Positions 59,024-64,000 of a stretch of DNA of 64,000 bases are shown here, piece after piece. Source of the DNA: Amoebophrya sp. A120 (lineage: Eukaryota > Protista > Dinoflagellata); NCBI GenBank assembly GCA_905178155.1, contig CAJINV010000008.1:434001-498000 (forward strand), given 5' to 3'. The position numbers and the translations under genes are program-made. The notes under the pieces are model-generated. The model was not told the DNA's origin and did no database searches. It saw only the letters and a list, made by a program, of their open reading frames with translations. Every line of letters starts with the position of its first letter. The first letter of the stretch is position 1.

Positions 59024-61528
59024 TTATTTTTTGTCTCCGCATGTTGCCGTCTGTGACTTGGCGAGGCTCTCTTCGGTCTTCGGGTTCTCGCCGTCAGTGG
59101 CTAGCGCTCCATCTGCTGCTGCGGTATCACACACACATGGACCTACGGAATCTGTTGCACGAGCAGAAGCACCCGCTGGGGCGCCAACTTCCAGATGGAT
59201 CGTTTTGGTCTTATAACGGTGGATATTCTCGGAGTGGAGGCTACCGTTCGCAATATACTTATTTACCCCCAAATCAATTTCATCCGATTCGGATCCTGTC
59301 GCGATCAAAACGTGGTAGAACATGCGGCGTAGACGACAGGGAAAGCGTTTCCGATCCTTGGGCGGAAGGATTCGTAAAAAGACCGCTCCTCCTGGAAAGC
59401 GCCCTCCGGTCCCCTCTGCAATCAGATGCTCTTGCCGCTCCAGAAATCTTTCAAGCGATTCGGCATCGTCCTGCGGTTCCTGCTCCGCATGACAGTCATC
59501 TGCATATAACGAGGACGAAATCAATGGACCTGCTTCCCGGATCGTATGCGCCACAGTGACGACCAGAGCGGAGGAAGGACAGAAGGATCTTGATTGGCTG
59601 CTGTAAGGAACAAAACCACACTGATCCCGGACTTCGTCTTCCTCATTCAGTGTCGCAAGCACTCCCGTCTTGCAGCTCTGTTTCAATTGGTTTACCAGGT
59701 TCCGGATAGCTGGTAGTAGCTTGGACTCGTAATCCTCGTCGTACACGAGCTCACTTCGGTCGTGTGCCTCACCAAGCCGTGCGTATACGAACTCATACTT
59801 GTGGGTGCTATCATCGGTAGTTGTACTCGTGCTTCCACCTCCGTCTCCCTTGTAGTTACCGCGAAACTCACTATCGGATGCACCCCCCGCTGAACCAAAC
59901 TGCAGCCCTTTTCGAGTCGCCCGGACGCCCCGCGCGGGGCTTCCGTCGAGTGCGGAGCATGCACCACCTTTAAACGGGACGATCCGTAGCCTTGGTGGCG
60001 ACAGGCCCTGGATCTCGTGCGCATCCTTGTAGCCATGGTTCGGAAGAAACATTCCTCCGCTCGCAACCAGCTGTCTGCGTGCTGCTAGCGCAGAGCAACC
60101 TTCAGATGAAGTCCCCGCGGCGGGATAGCCTCCCGTCGTGGGACGGTAGCTCGCTCCAGCTCCTTGTTGTTCTCTTTTCCCCTCGGCAGAGATACTCATC
60201 TCCACTGCCCCGCCTTCTCGCTCGACCGTCCCTTTCTCGTCTTGCAACACGAGAACCGGCACGGTCGCCGGCGCAGCTCCACCGACAGAAGTTGCGAACG
60301 GATCCGCAGGTTTGGCCACATAAGGAGTGCTGGCTGCTCCTGCTACAGAACCTGCACTGAAAGAGCCGACAGTGGTCACGGAACAGGACGACCCCGGGCG
60401 GGTTCCGCTGTCCTCCGTAGAACAGGTCGTTGCCGTCGCAGGCCGGCCTAATGGAGGCGAAAGCGAACGACTACACGAAAGGTCATCCACGACCTCCTCT
60501 TTGCAGCTCAGCTTTTCATCTATTCCTGCTCCGCTTTGTCCTACAACGGATTTTGTAGTATTCGAAGTTGAAGTTCCAGTCCCAGGACCACGTACTGCTG
60601 TTGCTCCCGCTCTAGAGTCTACTAGGTCGACGCCGCGGTCCCGCTCCGCGTGGACCAAGTTGCGCAATCTTGCAGCTGACGAAGCCTTAGGGACGGACTC
60701 GTAGTGATCCACCTGCAGATATCGATCGAGAACATCCTCCTCCTCCTCCTCGGGAAAGAGGGGCACTGGAATGTTTCTGCCTCCGTACCGGCGCGGGAAG
60801 AAGCGATCTTGGATCTTTACGGAATTTCCTTTGGCGTCTTGTTGCACACTTCTTCGGCTCCGCCCGGCGGGACTACTCCTCGGGCGGCGCTGAAACGCAA
60901 AGGATTCAAAGTCGAGATGCTGGTGCTCGATATCGCCTGCCTTGACCGCCCTCACCGTCGGCGGGATATCTCGATCGGGTTCGTGAAAACCCAACCAGAC
61001 CGAATGCCATCCGTACCCCCGGACGCCCGGGGCGAAAAGAGCTGGCGACAAGTCCAAGCTACCCTTTTGCTTTTGCTGCACAAGAACTGGGGCGTGGTTC
61101 GCGCGAATAATGAGGCGTTGTTGTTCGTCACTCGACCCATCCAGCACGCGGTACTTCTGGCCGCCCGCACGAAAATGGTTCCGGGTAGCGTCGCGAATGC
61201 GCTGAAACACAGCCTGCCGAAGTCCCTGGTCCCAGGTCTGTGTGAAGTCAAGCACGGCCTCGTCGTCAGCCGCCCGCGGCCACGTCCGGAGATCGTCGTG
61301 CTCACGCGGTCGGGGAAGCTTTCCGACCGCTATTTGCAGCCCCGCTTCAAGAGCCTCCGCCAGTGCGCCGGCATTTGCTAACGGAATTTGCTCTTCAAGT
61401 ACAGCACGGTATCGGTACGGTTCGCGCTTCGACTTTGGCGAGATCAATGCGCAATCAACCCGACTCAACAAGATACTGCTGCCGGACAGGATGAAGTTGA
61501 AGAAGAGCTTCACTGAGATCATCTTCAT
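59024..61528 (-). CDS. Intronless hypothetical secreted protein (~834 aa)
   Basis: Long uninterrupted ORF. Signal-peptide-like MKMISVKLFFNFILSGSSILLSRVDCA, then a S/T/G/A-rich central linker. No family recognised. Confidence 0.65.
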   Translation of the reverse strand: MKMISVKLFFNFILSGSSILLSRVDCALISPKSKREPYRYRAVLEEQIPLANAGALAEALEAGLQIAVGKLPRPREHDDLRTWPRAADDEAVLDFTQTWDQGLRQAVFQRIRDATRNHFRAGGQKYRVLDGSSDEQQRLIIRANHAPVLVQQKQKGSLDLSPALFAPGVRGYGWHSVWLGFHEPDRDIPPTVRAVKAGDIEHQHLDFESFAFQRRPRSSPAGRSRRSVQQDAKGNSVKIQDRFFPRRYGGRNIPVPLFPEEEEEDVLDRYLQVDHYESVPKASSAARLRNLVHAERDRGVDLVDSRAGATAVRGPGTGTSTSNTTKSVVGQSGAGIDEKLSCKEEVVDDLSCSRSLSPPLGRPATATTCSTEDSGTRPGSSCSVTTVGSFSAGSVAGAASTPYVAKPADPFATSVGGAAPATVPVLVLQDEKGTVEREGGAVEMSISAEGKREQQGAGASYRPTTGGYPAAGTSSEGCSALAARRQLVASGGMFLPNHGYKDAHEIQGLSPPRLRIVPFKGGACSALDGSPARGVRATRKGLQFGSAGGASDSEFRGNYKGDGGGSTSTTTDDSTHKYEFVYARLGEAHDRSELVYDEDYESKLLPAIRNLVNQLKQSCKTGVLATLNEEDEVRDQCGFVPYSSQSRSFCPSSALVVTVAHTIREAGPLISSSLYADDCHAEQEPQDDAESLERFLERQEHLIAEGTGGRFPGGAVFLRILPPKDRKRFPCRLRRMFYHVLIATGSESDEIDLGVNKYIANGSLHSENIHRYKTKTIHLEVGAPAGASARATDSVGPCVCDTAAADGALATDGENPKTEESLAKSQTATCGDKK

Positions 61529-62061
61529 CTGGATCTGGCATTTGTGATACTTACAAGAACTTCTTGACCACAAAGAACTACGAAAGAGGACCTGCAACTT
61601 TCGAAAATTGATGTGGACAATTTTTGAGATCGATCGGTACGGGGGCGAATCAACGCGGGACGACTGATGCTCCTGAGCAGAATTGGTAGCAGGAAAATGT
61701 TGCCAATGAAAACCTTCGCTGCTTGTTTAAGATCGTCAGCGGTATCATGACCACCTGAAGGAGACAACTCGATGATCTGCGCATGCGGCTCAAACCAAGA
61801 CATCAAACTAAGAGCATTTCTAGCCTGAACCACATTCCGATGCACAAGGCTTTGCAAACCGAGCGAGCCGCGCGTGCACTAATCATTCTGGAAAATCAAA
61901 GGAGCAGCGTTGCGCTTATGGTGCATTGTTGTGTTTAATCTTCCACGTCTGAATTGTCCACCTGCTTTTCACTTTCTTGGAATTAGTGCGGCTTGGGCTT
62001 CCAGCACTGCTCTACTGGATCGCTGGCAGATGGAGAACCGCGTGACTCAGAAGCGCCCAGG

Positions 62062-64000
62062 TCAAATGTTACCCACGTTGACGTCAGCACCTCCAGGCAG
62101 TACGCCCGCCGCACCCCCCGCAATTGATGTAGTCGTGTGATTGTGGTACGTGCGCATCATGTTTCGCAGCGTTCGGCCGTACTTTGCGCTGAGATCTACC
62201 GGTCCGCTGCCTGCCTGAAATGGTGGGGCAGTCTGCTCCAGTTGCTCAAGAAGCGCAACGACGGGACTTCCTTTACCGGGTGTAGACGTCGCAGCGGCAC
62301 TGCTAAGGTTGGCTGATAAATGCTCAAGCAGCTGCTTGCTGCATGTGACCAGCGTGAAGAGCGCCTTTTGCTCCTCGTCGCCCTCGTGGCACAGCGCCGA
62401 AATCACATTGTAGACGTACTCCAGGTCGCACGTGAGCTGAGCTAGGCCCTTGCAACTCAGACGTGAAATCTGCAACGCGTGGGACACGATCATCCGCGCC
62501 ACTTCCTGCAACGCGGCCTGCAACCATTCTTCGACCAACCCACTGTGTTCCAGCATCGGCACCATACCGAAAAGCTGTTCGCCGACACTGGTCATGCTCT
62601 GCTGCGGCGAGAAAGAACCAGGCTGGAGCTCGATCTGCAGTCTCGCGAAATCTGAATTGCAATATGCATGCTCTTGCACCAGTCGGGTAATGACAGAAAA
62701 AGAAACAAGTAAACGCATGTTGTGCATGTTGTCCCAAAGGAACGGAAGCGCCCGAATAAATTTAAACTCACGAAGATCTACTACAACCACAATAATAATT
62801 CTTGCAGAGTCACTGAATGAAGTCAACTTTGAATGTTTTTTGAATTTGAAGAAACATTATTCTGCTGCAAGAACCGACTCCGCAATTTCGAGTGAAAATA
62901 TGACAAATACCCTCCCCATCCAGTTTTTCCCACGTCGCTTTCATTGTCGCGTAGGGTTGCAAGACGTTCTGGATGGGCGCTACACACGCGGTCACAACAA
63001 GTCCATGCGACCGGTGAATCAGCGTCTCGATCGTACTTTTCGACTGCCGCATGCCTGGGTTCCCTTCGTCCAGCCTGAAGTTCTTGAACTCGGACTGCAG
63101 CTGTTAGGTATAGGACGTGTAACAGATTTCAAACTGAGTTTTGGCTACAGAGAAACATGCTTTCTCCTGGATATTTTAAATTCTTTTTCCCGTAGAACGA
63201 AGACGAAAACACGGACTTTATCACTTGTACCTGTTTGATCCCTTCTCTACGGAACTTGAGCTCGAGCCCTCGAGCGAAGTGCGGGTAGGGTACTGCATCT
63301 TTTTGGGAGGCGAGCCGCGCCAGCAGTGGCGTCTCAAGTTCGTTGGTGATTTGCTTCTGGACATGCGTCAGCACCTTGTAGAAACCCAGGCACAGATTTA
63401 ACACAGTGGAATCGATCTGGTTCGCGTTGCTCAGCGATTTTTCAACGATGGTATTTCGGAAGATATCCCCGAGCGGCGACAGCTTTTCGCCCAGAAACTC
63501 AGCACAGCTCCAATCAATGGCCGCGACGGCGAGAAAAGGCACGCAAGCAAGTAGATAAACATCGTCCTTGACTGCGAATTTCAGCAGATTTTGCATCTGC
63601 TTCACTGCCTCCGTCTCTGCCTGCAGTAGCGCTTCGCTGGCCATTTTGTTGGCTGCACTTGACGTAGTTTCGGTACCAGCAACAACACAATCCTTGAGCC
63701 CGGGCTGGTACACGTACTTCACCTGTGGTAAGAAACTAATCCTCTGCACATGTATGATGTTCTTTTTTGTGAAAGATGAAACAGTTCTGTACTGAGTGAC
63801 ATTGTCGTACATGGAAAAATACTCCGCGCATCACACTTTTTACCGTGTCCAGCAGCAGCCAGAGCGGAAAGGCCTGGTAAACGGAGAAAACCGATGCTGG
63901 TTGCTCCTCCAAGGATGCGCTCAGTTGGTCGCACCCGTCGACATAGCTGATCCACATGCCTAGTATTCTGCTGGTGCGCCTCGTCAAAATCTCTTCCCCG
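62062..64000 (-). CDS. COG7: Conserved oligomeric Golgi complex subunit 7, 3' part (5' end lies outside the window)
   Basis: FSPQQSMTSVGEQLFGMVPMLE...EWL...LQISRLSCKGLAQLTCDLEYVYNVISAL matches the COG7 C-terminus (SPQEYITxIGxYLxxLPxxLE...WL...LQIxxL...QLxTDxxYLxNVxxAL). Upstream exons lie in 62930-64000. Confidence 0.75.

Overview
Eukaryotic, intron-containing DNA, most likely from a syndinian dinoflagellate such as Amoebophrya. That assignment is an inference from intron type, one-strand gene array and very divergent proteins. All seven gene models lie on the minus strand: a secreted PAN/apple-like protein; a giant (>6,000 aa, rough exon sum) Armadillo-repeat protein with a PDZ-like domain spanning 6722-30281; a small membrane protein; a much-enlarged SPT6; a GT13/GnT-I-like glycosyltransferase with altered catalytic motifs; an intronless secreted orphan; and the 3' part of COG7. 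The main system is a set of 14 introner-like elements in four terminal-inverted-repeat (TIR) families. Each has TAT(C/G)...(C/G)ATA ends and a 5-bp target duplication (TSD) and sits in coding sequence. Removing the element plus one TSD copy restores the frame in all 14 cases, and most have no GT/GC-AG register. Near-identical copies occur in both orientations in one gene, and the most decayed copy is the only one with a precise GT-AG register. The window also holds a 1.2-kb PIF/Harbinger-type MITE (TAA TSD), a 329-bp insert with a 15-bp TSD nested inside an introner, and a 2.7-kb GC-rich satellite mosaic at the left end. Protein identities come from motif recognition by eye; no database search was run.
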